This document shows, piece after piece, positions 1 through 9,822 of a DNA stretch of 64,000 nucleotides. The position numbers were made by a program, and so were the translations under genes. The notes below the pieces were generated by a model. It did no database searches. It was not told the origin of the DNA and saw nothing but the letters and a program-made list of their open reading frames with translations. This stretch comes from Euryarchaeota archaeon SCGC AAA252-I15 (GTDB taxonomy: Archaea; Altiarchaeota; Altiarchaeia; IMC4; SCGC-AAA252-I15), in assembly GCA_000402775.1 (NCBI GenBank), contig AQSC01000059.1:4257-68256 (forward strand), written 5' to 3'. Within the stretch, counting starts at the first letter, position 1. The number at the start of each line of letters is the position of its first letter.

Positions 1-1
1 T

Positions 2-1441
2 TACCAGGTTGATGCCTACAAGTCGGGTTACTGCAAGGATACGATAACGTTTGAGATTTCGAAGAAGCTTGTTTTGACCGGACCGTTTCCGGACAAGCCG
101 CAGGCGGGCAACTCCTTCACTATGAAGGTTACGGATGAGGCCGGCAACGCATTGCATTTCATAAGAGTGGTCATAAGCCCCGACATGCACATAGCCACGT
201 CAGATTCGGACGGGTACGCGAAGTTTACGATAAACAATCCCGGCTCTTACACTGCCGCCGCGGCGTCGACCGATTATGATGACGCCATCCCAATATCATT
301 AATAGTCTACGAGATGCCGTCTCTTTCAATTGGAGTTTCACCGACAAACCCGATGGTGGGGGAGACTGTAACCTTGACTGTGACTGCAGATGGGGCTACA
401 GTAAGCGGGGCATCACTTTCCGTCACACTCCCAACTGGAACCGAGAAATCTTTCACGTCCTCATCTAGCGGGAGAGTAGCCTATACCCCACAGTATCCTG
501 GATACCACAGTATTGACGCTACAAAGGAAGACTATGATCCAGGCTCGTCAAGCTTTACGGTCTTAGATACCTTTAATGTGGCTATTCCAGACTTAGCCTC
601 AAAACAGGCGGGAGACGAGGTTTCCGTGATAGTCAAGGATAGTTCCGGCAACCCCGTTTCCGGGGCAATGGTCTCAGTCCTCGGAACCGCTATAGCGGGG
701 TCAACCGGCTCTTCAGGACAATATAAATTCAATCTACCCAAAACCGGGACCTACACGCTACATGTATCTAAAGACTCGTATACCCCAAAAGACATACCAC
801 TGAACTCTCTGGGAGCCCTAATACTTCAGCTTAGCAGTAAAAACGTTGGAGTTGGTGAAATCGTCAAGGTCACAGTCATGGATGATTCAGCAATGAAAGT
901 CTACGGAAACATCCAAATCACAAAACCAGACGGAACCAGGGATACTGTAATAAAAGACGAATACGACTACATTCCGCACGAACCCGGCACATACGCAATA
1001 ATAGTGTCAAAGGAAAACTATGCATCAGCCTCAGACACATTCGAAGTAACACTAAGCTCAATAATATTCGAACTTTCCCTTGAAAAAAACACCCTTAAAA
1101 TAATGGCAACAAGCGAAGGAGAACCCGCAAGCGACGTAACAATAACAGTTACAACACCCACGGGCGCCCGCAAGGAAGTTGTGACAGACAACGAGGGGAT
1201 AGGGCTCCTTAAGGCGGATGAAAACGGCCGATACTCAGTAACAACAAACGACCCCTCCTATGAAAGCGGCACCGTCACAATTGAAAAACAGGGAATAAGC
1301 TCCTATATCTGGTGGATAATACTTGCAATAATCATGGTCTTATTCTTCATCCTGGTCGTGGGAGCCGGAATATTCCACTGGCACTTCAAAAAAAAGGGCA
1401 AAGTCATTAAAGTAGGCGGGAAAAAACCGAGTCTGGGCTGA
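2..1441 (+). CDS. Surface protein, 5'-truncated by the window edge. Tandem Ig-like/carboxypeptidase-regulatory-like beta-sandwich repeats, C-terminal TM anchor and Lys-rich tail.
   Basis: The frame stays open to nt 2 (YQVDAYKSGYCKDTITFEISKK...), so the ORF-track TTG start at 74 is artificial. Repeated units fit the pattern P.vGetVtltVt..dG. Hydrophobic YIWWIILAIIMVLFFILVVGAGIF is followed by KKKGK. Paralog of 13605-15707. Confidence 0.75.
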   Translation, partial: YQVDAYKSGYCKDTITFEISKKLVLTGPFPDKPQAGNSFTMKVTDEAGNALHFIRVVISPDMHIATSDSDGYAKFTINNPGSYTAAAASTDYDDAIPISLIVYEMPSLSIGVSPTNPMVGETVTLTVTADGATVSGASLSVTLPTGTEKSFTSSSSGRVAYTPQYPGYHSIDATKEDYDPGSSSFTVLDTFNVAIPDLASKQAGDEVSVIVKDSSGNPVSGAMVSVLGTAIAGSTGSSGQYKFNLPKTGTYTLHVSKDSYTPKDIPLNSLGALILQLSSKNVGVGEIVKVTVMDDSAMKVYGNIQITKPDGTRDTVIKDEYDYIPHEPGTYAIIVSKENYASASDTFEVTLSSIIFELSLEKNTLKIMATSEGEPASDVTITVTTPTGARKEVVTDNEGIGLLKADENGRYSVTTNDPSYESGTVTIEKQGISSYIWWIILAIIMVLFFILVVGAGIFHWHFKKKGKVIKVGGKKPSLG

Positions 1442-1445
1442 ATAA

Positions 1446-2534
1446 ATGATAAGTCTCTCAACCAATGTTTTAGGAGTTTTTGCCCTAAAAGAAGGTCGAC
1501 TAATAAAACATTTCACTTTTTCGGATAATCCTAAAGAGATTGCTAAAGAATTTTCCAAAACTCGTGAGGGAATCTGTGACCTTGAAGAAAAGATAATCAA
1601 AGAGCTTGCAGGATCAGGGATCAATGAATTATTTGTCGATAATCCGAAACGCTTCTACTACCTGGATTTGGACGTGTCATTTACTCCTGATAAAAATCCT
1701 GCTGATGTTTATTCAATTGCGGAGGAAATAGGCTTTGATACTAAAAACATTCAGGGATTAATCCATTCAGTCAACAGGGAATTGGTTAGAACCCAACTTC
1801 AATCCCCCGAGCGTGACCAGCTTGTAGTCCAAGCAGTTAAATCATTGGACGAGCTTGAAGAGTCTGTAAACATTTTGTCTGAAAGGCTTCGGGAATGGTA
1901 TTCCCTGCATTTCCCTGAATTAAATTACATAGTACCCAAAAACGAGATTTACGCACATATCGTATCAGAAGCAGGGGATAGGATAAACATTAAGGAATTA
2001 AAGATTGGTTTGGATACAGGTTATATGGAAAAAATTGTCCTAGCAAGTTTGGATTCCTTTGGATTCGAGTTTAAAAAAGAAGATGCGGTAGGGATTAAAT
2101 CGATAGCTCAATCTATTGTGTCTCTTCACAGTGCAAGGACTCAAACCGAAAAATATCTTGGAAATCTTATGGGCGATATCGCACCCAACATCACCCACCT
2201 TATTGGCCCGCAGCTTGGGGCAAGATTGATTGCGAAAGCCGGAAACTTAAACCGGCTTGCAAGGCTTCCCGCCGGGACCATACAGGTTCTCGGAGCCGAA
2301 GACGCATTCTTCCGATTTCTAAAGACGGGGGAAAACCCCCCAAAACACGGTTTAATATTCACCCATCCTGACATTCGAAGCGCGAACAAGAAAGTGCGGG
2401 GTAGGCTCTCACGGACGTTAGCCGCAAAGATCGCCCTCGCAGCCAGGTCTGACGCCTTCCACGGTGAGTTTATTGCAGATAAACTCCTAGCGAAATTCAA
2501 GGAGAGAGTTTACTCTCAAAAACGGGCTTCATAG
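1446..2534 (+). CDS. nop5: Nop5 (Nop56/58 homolog), C/D box sRNP core protein
   Basis: Nop-domain signature GPQLGARLIAKAGNLNRLARLPAGTIQVLGAEDAFFRFLKTGENPPKHGLIFTHPDI. Lys/Arg-rich C-terminus. Confidence 0.9.
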   Translation: MISLSTNVLGVFALKEGRLIKHFTFSDNPKEIAKEFSKTREGICDLEEKIIKELAGSGINELFVDNPKRFYYLDLDVSFTPDKNPADVYSIAEEIGFDTKNIQGLIHSVNRELVRTQLQSPERDQLVVQAVKSLDELEESVNILSERLREWYSLHFPELNYIVPKNEIYAHIVSEAGDRINIKELKIGLDTGYMEKIVLASLDSFGFEFKKEDAVGIKSIAQSIVSLHSARTQTEKYLGNLMGDIAPNITHLIGPQLGARLIAKAGNLNRLARLPAGTIQVLGAEDAFFRFLKTGENPPKHGLIFTHPDIRSANKKVRGRLSRTLAAKIALAARSDAFHGEFIADKLLAKFKERVYSQKRAS

Positions 2535-2572
2535 ATTATTTAAACCGCGAGTAGTAATTCTTTAAGCGAAGA

Positions 2573-5500
2573 ATGCAGCCCAAAAAGTTACCCCTAAAAG
2601 CCGAGTTTATATGGTTGATTTCCGTTAGCCTACTACTCTTTCCAACCTTATGTTCAGCCCAACCGACTGATGAACCAGTCGCCTACGAATTTTCCTACAT
2701 AAAATTTGCCATGTTCTACAATGGGGTTAACCTCTCCACTATTGAGAACATGATAAAAACATATATTGAGGCTAAGGGCGCTCAACAATTCACATTATTC
2801 GACAACTCCACGGCAGTATCCTCCCTTGAGGAATATGACGTAATAATCCAAATCGGCAATTACTTGAACACCACTCAAATAGATGCGATTGAAGATGCAA
2901 ACGGGAGTCTTATCCTCATACACGAGGGATTAACGAACATTAACACTACTCGGTGGGGCATCGAACAAGTATACCCGCCCGAAAACATTTCAAACTTATC
3001 GTTTATGATAGGCGCAGATTCCGGTCCAACACGAGGATATCCCGTGAACTCAACTTTTTCAATCCTAAAAACCAGTGCTGTATCCTTTAATGTAACTGGA
3101 AGTCACACTCAAAACCTTATAAACACGAACAACTCAAGAGCGGTTGTCGCAAGCAAACAACAACAAGTGGGGGGTAAGACAATCCTAATCGGATTTAATT
3201 TAACATCCTACCACGAAATTCGAATCTTAGATAAGGCAATATACTGGATTGAAGGTAAATCCCCGACAGTACAGCAAAACTCAAGATACTGTCTCTACGA
3301 ATGTCTTTCCCCCACAGTATGCAGATCCTGCTCTGATGCCGTAGTAGTCATCGAAGATCCCAGTGCAGTAACGCCACAAGAAAACTCATCCTACTACTTC
3401 ATCTATATCCAACACGGAGACATCGTAAATAAAATCGAGTATTCAGAGTTCACGCTCGCAAACCTGTCTGAAACCAAACTTATTGTTGTTCCAAAAGAAA
3501 ATAAAATAACCTCTCAGATACCCTCACTTAGATCCGATAACAAGAGTCTCATGTTCGTCCACCAAGGGGCGTTTGAGGCGTGGAATGACCACTTCAATGG
3601 ATTTGCATCCGAACTGGTTAATAAAACGAATATTACTAACGGCGACGCAATAATCGTGCAAAACAGGGAATATGAATTAACTTATGGTTATCCAGTGTCA
3701 TCTCACATTTACACTCAAAACGAAAGCACAAGGGTTTTAGCCGAAGTCCCCGGATTTACAACCCTTGTGAACACTTCTGATGGAAGTTTGTTGTCCTATG
3801 TGAACGGATCATCAAAAGTGGTTTTCTATGGATTCGATCCTTACGCAAGCCAAAGTACTCAATGTATGCCCATGGGTTATCATGGGGGGGTACTATATCT
3901 TAGGGCGGTTGAATGGGCGTTGGGTAATCTAAATGTCGGCCTACAACAACCCAACGAAATAACTTTTATTGTATACAACAACAATGTTATGGGCTTTTAT
4001 GGTTGTGGTAATACTCTCACCTTATCTGAAAATTCCACAGCGAATCGGCTTACTGGAAGGTATGAGTCTGGAACTGTTTCATTCATTGACTTATCGCTTG
4101 CTAATGCCACAAATTATTCAGCAACTTCGGTTGTGATTTCGATTTCTAGTGAGAGGGTTTCATCCAAGATTTCGGATTGGGTTAGCCTCAACAAAAGTTT
4201 ACTGTTGTTATATGAGGGTGCAGTGGACGTAAACATCACGTTACTCGGCGGGTCGAGTGAAAATGACTTTACATCCACGGGACCGGGTTATATCAGGGGT
4301 AATGTTGCAGGAAGTATATCGAGGGGATACCCCTACAATGCATACGTTCACACTCAAAATGATTCAGTGAGATATCTAACAGACACTCCCGGATTCTCTT
4401 CAATAGTAAATTACGGGTCAAAAGACATACTACAATCTAGAGAATCAGGGAATCGTATCGTAGCTTATGGATTCGATCCTTACCAGGCAGACGTAGACTC
4501 AACACCCCTCTGTCTTGGATACCACGGCTGGAAGCTTTTTGATAGGAGTGTGGACTGGCTGTTGTACTCTTTGAATATCTCAGCTCCGCAAGCTAAGCGA
4601 ATTGCAATACAATTTTACGGTGCGAATGAAAGCTGGTACTGTGATACTGGGCAGGAAAGCAAGGCTAGAAGGAGAATATCCGGGAAGGAGTATGGTGGTG
4701 GAAACGTGAGTAGTATCGACTTGTCTGTGGCGGACTTAACTGACTACTCTAACACTGAATTAATCATTATAGGTGATAGTTGGCGGGTTACCTCCATGAT
4801 TTCTGGATGGAAAGATGGCGGTAAGGACTTAATGTTTCTCATGCATGCTACTACTGATGCGACAAATACTTTCGGAGGGTCATCAGGAATCGACCTTACA
4901 AATGACACCCGAGTGAACTTGACATCTTACGCGGGGTCATTAGGTTTTATAACTGAAGGATACTCTCCCACGGGAATAATAGAATCTGACTTTGCACTTG
5001 GAAGAACCTGGGCTGATATAAGCGGATTCGCAATACTTGGTAGGAATGTAGACTCAAATACCATTCTCTCATCAAAACACACTTTAAGCTCTGATACTGT
5101 TGTCTACACACTTAATCTAACTGAATATGATAGTCCCTGCCGCGGTTACCACGGTTGGAAGCTTTTTGATAGGTCGGTTGAATGGCTTCTTGGAGAACTT
5201 ACAGTCCCAATTCCAAGAATTGATAGGATAGGTCTTGTAGTAAACATACTGTATAATGAAACTCATCAGTGCTTGTTGGGTGAGGAAGACGTGACGTTTG
5301 AGAGGATAGAATCCCTTGAAAATGTGTCTCTTGCGGGAATAAATACCACAACATTCGAGATATCGACGATAAGCACTGCCGACTTCACTGATACGGAGGC
5401 GGTGGTAATCACCGACTCGAACATCAACGCTGTCGGAACGTACTACGAACAGATTCTAAACGGTTATACCAAGGCCACCGCAGCCTCAAACGTTCTCATG

Positions 5501-8500
5501 TTCCGAACAGGAATGGATAGGTATCGTCGAGACCATAATCAGACGCCTTGTAATAACACAATGCACTACGGCTCGCTTTACGGGCGGATTACGACCACAA
5601 ACGATCAAAACCGCCAGGGGGGGAGGCCTCCCTACGGCTACCCGTTCAATGCCAAAGTCCAGGTACACGGGGACGTAATGGATGCCTGCTACTGGTCGAA
5701 TCTACCCCAGGATTTCTTTGGTTTTTTGAAAAACGACACGGAATCAAGGGTTGAATGGATTGGGGTTGGAGTACCACCCGCATCTTCAATGTATACTAAC
5801 AAGCTTGCCATACTAGGTTATCGTCCTTACGAGGCTTGGCTGGACAACCACGATGATACGGACAATGAGTATCATCATGGTTCAACCATCTTTGACAGGG
5901 TGATAATCTGGCTTCTGGGAGATCCAGTAGTAAAGGATAAAACAAAAGATATTGTTGTCATGGTCTATAATAAAAACAATAGATTACTGAGTGAAAATGT
6001 CACTCTAAACTGGTCTATTGAAGCCTTCAATGATGAACGAGTGAGTATCCTTGACATATCCGATGTATTGTATTACGACACTTGCGGGACTTCACGTTTC
6101 ATCCCGGTAAAAGGTGATCTAGTCTCTGGAATCGTTGACCACTGGAGTGATCAACTTCGGGGAATAATATTTTTGGGGGAATCACTATATGATGCGGCGA
6201 AAGGTCTTAGTGCCTTCCCTGAAGGCAAGGTCGATCCCCTAGATGACGAATACTCTTACAGCATTTATGGGGAAGTGGTAAACACATCATATCCCAGAAT
6301 AATCAATCTAACACTTAATTCAGTCTGGGAGATTACAGAAAGCTCCACGGGTGTTTACTCCATTGAAAACATGTCTTTTTTAAATGTTAATTACACACCC
6401 TTGATATTACATGCAAACCGAAGCAGTGGAGATGAGGTTATTCTCACTGTGTCAAACACCTCAAGCCAGACTGGAATAGCATTATTCGGAATCAACACCC
6501 TCTCTACCACTGATAAGGGGAAAAACTGGACTTTAAACGCAATAGAATGGTCCAACCCACTAGATGCAATCGCTCCAAATGTGACTAGTATCGACATTCA
6601 ACCATACTCATACAGTCCAGGTGACGAGATAATCTTCAATGTTGAGATAATCGACAACAGAAACTGGAGTGTCTATTATTCTACTCTAAATTATTCGAAA
6701 AATAATGTTAATTGGACTCTTGCCAATCTGACTCACAGGGTTGACCCTGACTCGTACACTTGTGAGTCAAAACCTTTTATGAATGATTGGAATCATTCAA
6801 TAGGTCCTTTCAATGAGTCTTTTATTGTTTATACTATCTCAGCGGTTGATACAACAGGGAATAAGGATGCTACGAGAATTAGATATTATGGTGTTGAGGA
6901 TAATGATCCGCCAGAGATTGCGAATATAGGTTTTACTCCTTATATGCCAAACTCAAGTGATAACGTTGTAATCAATTGTGATACAAATGAATTTTCGAAT
7001 GCAACGGTATTCTACCGGATTAAAGGGTCTTCAGACGCTTGGACTGAAGTAATCCAATCAGAATTCAAGGTGTTTAATCATACAATAAACACTGGGACAC
7101 ATAATGCAAGTACAAGCTACGAGTTTTGGCTTGAGCTGTGTGACCTCTCTGGAAACTGTGGTAATGAAACCAACGGCGGGATATACTACTGGTTTTGCAT
7201 CGAGCCTGGTTGCGAGAAGAATCCTCCAAACATCAATAACTACACTCCTGCAAATAATACAATATTCCCTCCGAACACAACTAACATCACTCTCGAATTG
7301 TCAACAGACGAGTGGGCTGAGTGCAGGTACTCTAACACGTCAGATAATCCATACGACCTTTTAGAATACGTTTTTAATGCAACACACAACACAACAAACA
7401 TCGCGTATCTTGCGATCTATAGCCAAAGTTACTACTACATTAAATGCAAGGACATGCTCGGAAACAAGCATAATGACAGTCTAATACTGTATTACTGGGT
7501 GGATACAGTCCCTCCAACAGTTACTTTAAATAACCCTCAAAATTTTTTGACGAATAGGGGGAGTATTGTCGCCTTCAAGTACACTCCAGACGACAATGGT
7601 ATGGTGGATCGTTGTGCAGTTTACTCGAACTTCGGTGGCTGGAGTATTGAGGTTACAGAATCCGATATTACAGATGGAGTTCAATCAGAAACTAACGGCA
7701 GGCTCTGTGATGGTACCTTCATTTGGAATGTGAAATGTTGGGATAGTGTTAATAACAGCGCCTTCGCAGTTGGAAACTACACAATCATTGTTAATTCAAC
7801 CATGCCCGTTCTAGTAATAGATACTGGTGAGGGTAGCGCCCTAGGACAACTCGATCAACCTGAAGGGTTGGATATATACCAGAATAGGATTTATGTGGCA
7901 GATACAAATAATCACCGAATACAAAAATTCAGCAGTACAACAGGGACATACCTTTCAAGTTTTGGAGGGCAAGGTGGTGGCATAACTAACTTGTATTATC
8001 CAGGTGATGTTGCTGTAGGCTACATACCTTACAATAGAACTGTAAATGAGACTACAAACGAATCAGAAATAATTAATATTTCTGTAATCTATGTGGCGGA
8101 CACTCAAAACCTTAGGGGTCAAATCTACTACGATTTCAACAACACATGGAAGCAGAATATTTCATCACAGAATCCAGACGATACGCAAAACCCTTTCTAT
8201 CTCGACGACCCGCAGGGAGTGGCAGGATACGCGGAGAGGGTATTTTTCTCATCCACAGACAGGGACAAAATCAACGTCTATAACGTGACAAACCTCACAT
8301 CCGAATTCAACATATCGACTGGAGGACTAAACCGCCCGCAGGGAGTAACAACAGACGGTAATAAAATCTATGTATCCAACACGCAAAACCACAACATTCT
8401 AATATACAACATGTACGGCACCTTCCTGGATTCAATTGGATCCTTTGGATCCCAGCCAGGCCAATTCAACAAACCAGAGGACGTGGCAACAGACAGTCAA

Positions 8501-9280
8501 GGAAATATTTACGTGGCAGACACATTAAACCACAGAATACAAGTCTTCAATTCAACCAAAGGCCAAATAAAAACCCTCGGAGTATACGGCTTTGGGGAAA
8601 CGCAGTTCAGAGAACCAAAAGGGGTGGCAATAGACGAGGAAGACAAACTCTTTATCTCAGACACAGACAACAGCAGAATCCAAGTCTTCAGCCTCTGCTA
8701 CGTGTCGACCTCAAGCTCGACAACATCAACCATAACATCAACAACAACATCAACAACAACATCAACCACAACATCATCAACAACATCATCAACAACGTCG
8801 ACGACAACGACAACGTCAATCGTGAGAAAAGACGTGGCATTAAACGAAGTAATGCCTTACACTGGAGACGGGTCATATGACTGGGTTGAATTATACAATA
8901 GAGGGAATCTTGACGTTGACTTGAGTGGATGGAATATCGGGGACGCTCCCGGTGGCTCAGGAAACCTTTCAATATCCTCCGGTCTAATAAACGTTAGCGG
9001 ATTCTTTCTGTTAAACTTCTCAACAGCCGGATTCAACATAAATGCGAATCCGGGTGAAGAAGTCGTACTCTACAACGAGACCGGCCACCGCGTCGACAAC
9101 CTCACCCTCTGGGCTTGGACCAGCATCAATCAATCGTATATGCGCTCTCCAGATGGCTGGGGTGATTGGATACTATCAAGCGACGATAACCCACCCTCTC
9201 CCGGCGAACCCAATGCTATACCATTTACTGGGAACCTTGTAACTGGGTGGAATCTGATTTCAATACCCTTAATCCTTTGA
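2573..9280 (+). CDS. Giant (2235 aa) secreted, sequon-rich surface protein. Signal peptide, six DUF4350/ThuA-like modules, Ig-like domains, six-bladed NHL propeller, Ser/Thr linker, lamin-tail domain, short hydrophobic C-terminus.
   Basis: N-terminal KKLPLKAEFIWLISVSLLLFPTLCSAQP. Module ends recur (GYHGWKLFDRSVDWLL, GYHGWKLFDRSVEWLL, YHHGSTIFDRVIIWLL, ILDKAIYWIEG). NHL blades include ...IYVADTNNHRIQKF, IYVADTLNHRIQVF, LFISDTDNSRIQVF. The LTD-like segment reads LNEVMPY..DWVELYNRG..DLSGW...VVLYNETGHRVD. NxS/T sequons are very frequent. Confidence 0.9.
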   Translation: MQPKKLPLKAEFIWLISVSLLLFPTLCSAQPTDEPVAYEFSYIKFAMFYNGVNLSTIENMIKTYIEAKGAQQFTLFDNSTAVSSLEEYDVIIQIGNYLNTTQIDAIEDANGSLILIHEGLTNINTTRWGIEQVYPPENISNLSFMIGADSGPTRGYPVNSTFSILKTSAVSFNVTGSHTQNLINTNNSRAVVASKQQQVGGKTILIGFNLTSYHEIRILDKAIYWIEGKSPTVQQNSRYCLYECLSPTVCRSCSDAVVVIEDPSAVTPQENSSYYFIYIQHGDIVNKIEYSEFTLANLSETKLIVVPKENKITSQIPSLRSDNKSLMFVHQGAFEAWNDHFNGFASELVNKTNITNGDAIIVQNREYELTYGYPVSSHIYTQNESTRVLAEVPGFTTLVNTSDGSLLSYVNGSSKVVFYGFDPYASQSTQCMPMGYHGGVLYLRAVEWALGNLNVGLQQPNEITFIVYNNNVMGFYGCGNTLTLSENSTANRLTGRYESGTVSFIDLSLANATNYSATSVVISISSERVSSKISDWVSLNKSLLLLYEGAVDVNITLLGGSSENDFTSTGPGYIRGNVAGSISRGYPYNAYVHTQNDSVRYLTDTPGFSSIVNYGSKDILQSRESGNRIVAYGFDPYQADVDSTPLCLGYHGWKLFDRSVDWLLYSLNISAPQAKRIAIQFYGANESWYCDTGQESKARRRISGKEYGGGNVSSIDLSVADLTDYSNTELIIIGDSWRVTSMISGWKDGGKDLMFLMHATTDATNTFGGSSGIDLTNDTRVNLTSYAGSLGFITEGYSPTGIIESDFALGRTWADISGFAILGRNVDSNTILSSKHTLSSDTVVYTLNLTEYDSPCRGYHGWKLFDRSVEWLLGELTVPIPRIDRIGLVVNILYNETHQCLLGEEDVTFERIESLENVSLAGINTTTFEISTISTADFTDTEAVVITDSNINAVGTYYEQILNGYTKATAASNVLMFRTGMDRYRRDHNQTPCNNTMHYGSLYGRITTTNDQNRQGGRPPYGYPFNAKVQVHGDVMDACYWSNLPQDFFGFLKNDTESRVEWIGVGVPPASSMYTNKLAILGYRPYEAWLDNHDDTDNEYHHGSTIFDRVIIWLLGDPVVKDKTKDIVVMVYNKNNRLLSENVTLNWSIEAFNDERVSILDISDVLYYDTCGTSRFIPVKGDLVSGIVDHWSDQLRGIIFLGESLYDAAKGLSAFPEGKVDPLDDEYSYSIYGEVVNTSYPRIINLTLNSVWEITESSTGVYSIENMSFLNVNYTPLILHANRSSGDEVILTVSNTSSQTGIALFGINTLSTTDKGKNWTLNAIEWSNPLDAIAPNVTSIDIQPYSYSPGDEIIFNVEIIDNRNWSVYYSTLNYSKNNVNWTLANLTHRVDPDSYTCESKPFMNDWNHSIGPFNESFIVYTISAVDTTGNKDATRIRYYGVEDNDPPEIANIGFTPYMPNSSDNVVINCDTNEFSNATVFYRIKGSSDAWTEVIQSEFKVFNHTINTGTHNASTSYEFWLELCDLSGNCGNETNGGIYYWFCIEPGCEKNPPNINNYTPANNTIFPPNTTNITLELSTDEWAECRYSNTSDNPYDLLEYVFNATHNTTNIAYLAIYSQSYYYIKCKDMLGNKHNDSLILYYWVDTVPPTVTLNNPQNFLTNRGSIVAFKYTPDDNGMVDRCAVYSNFGGWSIEVTESDITDGVQSETNGRLCDGTFIWNVKCWDSVNNSAFAVGNYTIIVNSTMPVLVIDTGEGSALGQLDQPEGLDIYQNRIYVADTNNHRIQKFSSTTGTYLSSFGGQGGGITNLYYPGDVAVGYIPYNRTVNETTNESEIINISVIYVADTQNLRGQIYYDFNNTWKQNISSQNPDDTQNPFYLDDPQGVAGYAERVFFSSTDRDKINVYNVTNLTSEFNISTGGLNRPQGVTTDGNKIYVSNTQNHNILIYNMYGTFLDSIGSFGSQPGQFNKPEDVATDSQGNIYVADTLNHRIQVFNSTKGQIKTLGVYGFGETQFREPKGVAIDEEDKLFISDTDNSRIQVFSLCYVSTSSSTTSTITSTTTSTTTSTTTSSTTSSTTSTTTTTSIVRKDVALNEVMPYTGDGSYDWVELYNRGNLDVDLSGWNIGDAPGGSGNLSISSGLINVSGFFLLNFSTAGFNINANPGEEVVLYNETGHRVDNLTLWAWTSINQSYMRSPDGWGDWILSSDDNPPSPGEPNAIPFTGNLVTGWNLISIPLIL
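8700..8820 (+). repeat. Tandem ACN/TCN codon repeats encoding the Ser/Thr linker of the giant protein
   Basis: acatcaacaacaacatcaacaacaacatcaaccacaacatcatcaacaaca..., translated as STSSSTTSTITSTTTSTTTSTTTSSTTSSTTSTTTTTS. Confidence 0.9.
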
Positions 9281-9318
9281 GGATATTTAAGTTCCTATTC
9301 CAATTTGTTTTGGTTAAA

Positions 9319-9822
9319 ATGCCTGACAATCGACCATCCTGGGATGATTATTTCATGAAGATTGTGTATACTGTGGCAGAACGGGCTACATGCGATCGTG
9401 GGAAAAATGGGTGTGTGATATCAAAGGACAAGAGAATTCTGGCAACCGGTTATGTTGGAGCGCCCGCAGGGCTTGCCCACTGCGATGAAGTAGGTCATCA
9501 AATGAAGACTGTGACGCATGAAGACGGCTCTACAAGCAGGCATTGTGTTAGGACTTGTCATGCTGAGGAAAACGCGATAGTCCATTCTGCGAAAGTCGGA
9601 GTCTCCGTGGATGGTGGGACTTTATACACAAAGATGATGCCTTGCTATTCATGCGCAAAGATGATCATAAATGCTGGTATAAGAAGGGTCGTGGCAGACA
9701 AGGATTATCATGCGTCTTCTGAGTCAAAAAAGATTTTAAATGAAGCAGGAGTCGAATATTCAATATTAAAACCTGAAGTCGAATGCTACGACGACCAGTG
9801 CATTGAAAAAAAATCCAAATGA
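9319..9822 (+). CDS. dCMP deaminase (cytidine/deoxycytidylate deaminase family)
   Basis: Zinc motifs HAEENAI and PCYSCAKMIINAGIRRVV. The ATG at 9319 avoids overlap with the giant ORF; the ORF-track start at 9247 overlaps it. Confidence 0.85.
   Translation: MPDNRPSWDDYFMKIVYTVAERATCDRGKNGCVISKDKRILATGYVGAPAGLAHCDEVGHQMKTVTHEDGSTSRHCVRTCHAEENAIVHSAKVGVSVDGGTLYTKMMPCYSCAKMIINAGIRRVVADKDYHASSESKKILNEAGVEYSILKPEVECYDDQCIEKKSK

Noticed and set aside
108-330. Diversity-generating retroelement (TR/VR pair) explaining the adhesin repeat patch and the gene-5' duplications
   Set aside because: Differences between the copies are not restricted to adenine positions. No reverse transcriptase or Avd-like gene is in the window. 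The duplicated segments are at N-termini or mid-domain rather than in C-terminal variable regions.
8700-8820. CRISPR-like regular repeats
   Set aside because: The periodicity is 3-9 nt codon repetition inside an ORF (Ser/Thr linker). No repeat-spacer organisation exists anywhere in the window and there are no cas genes.
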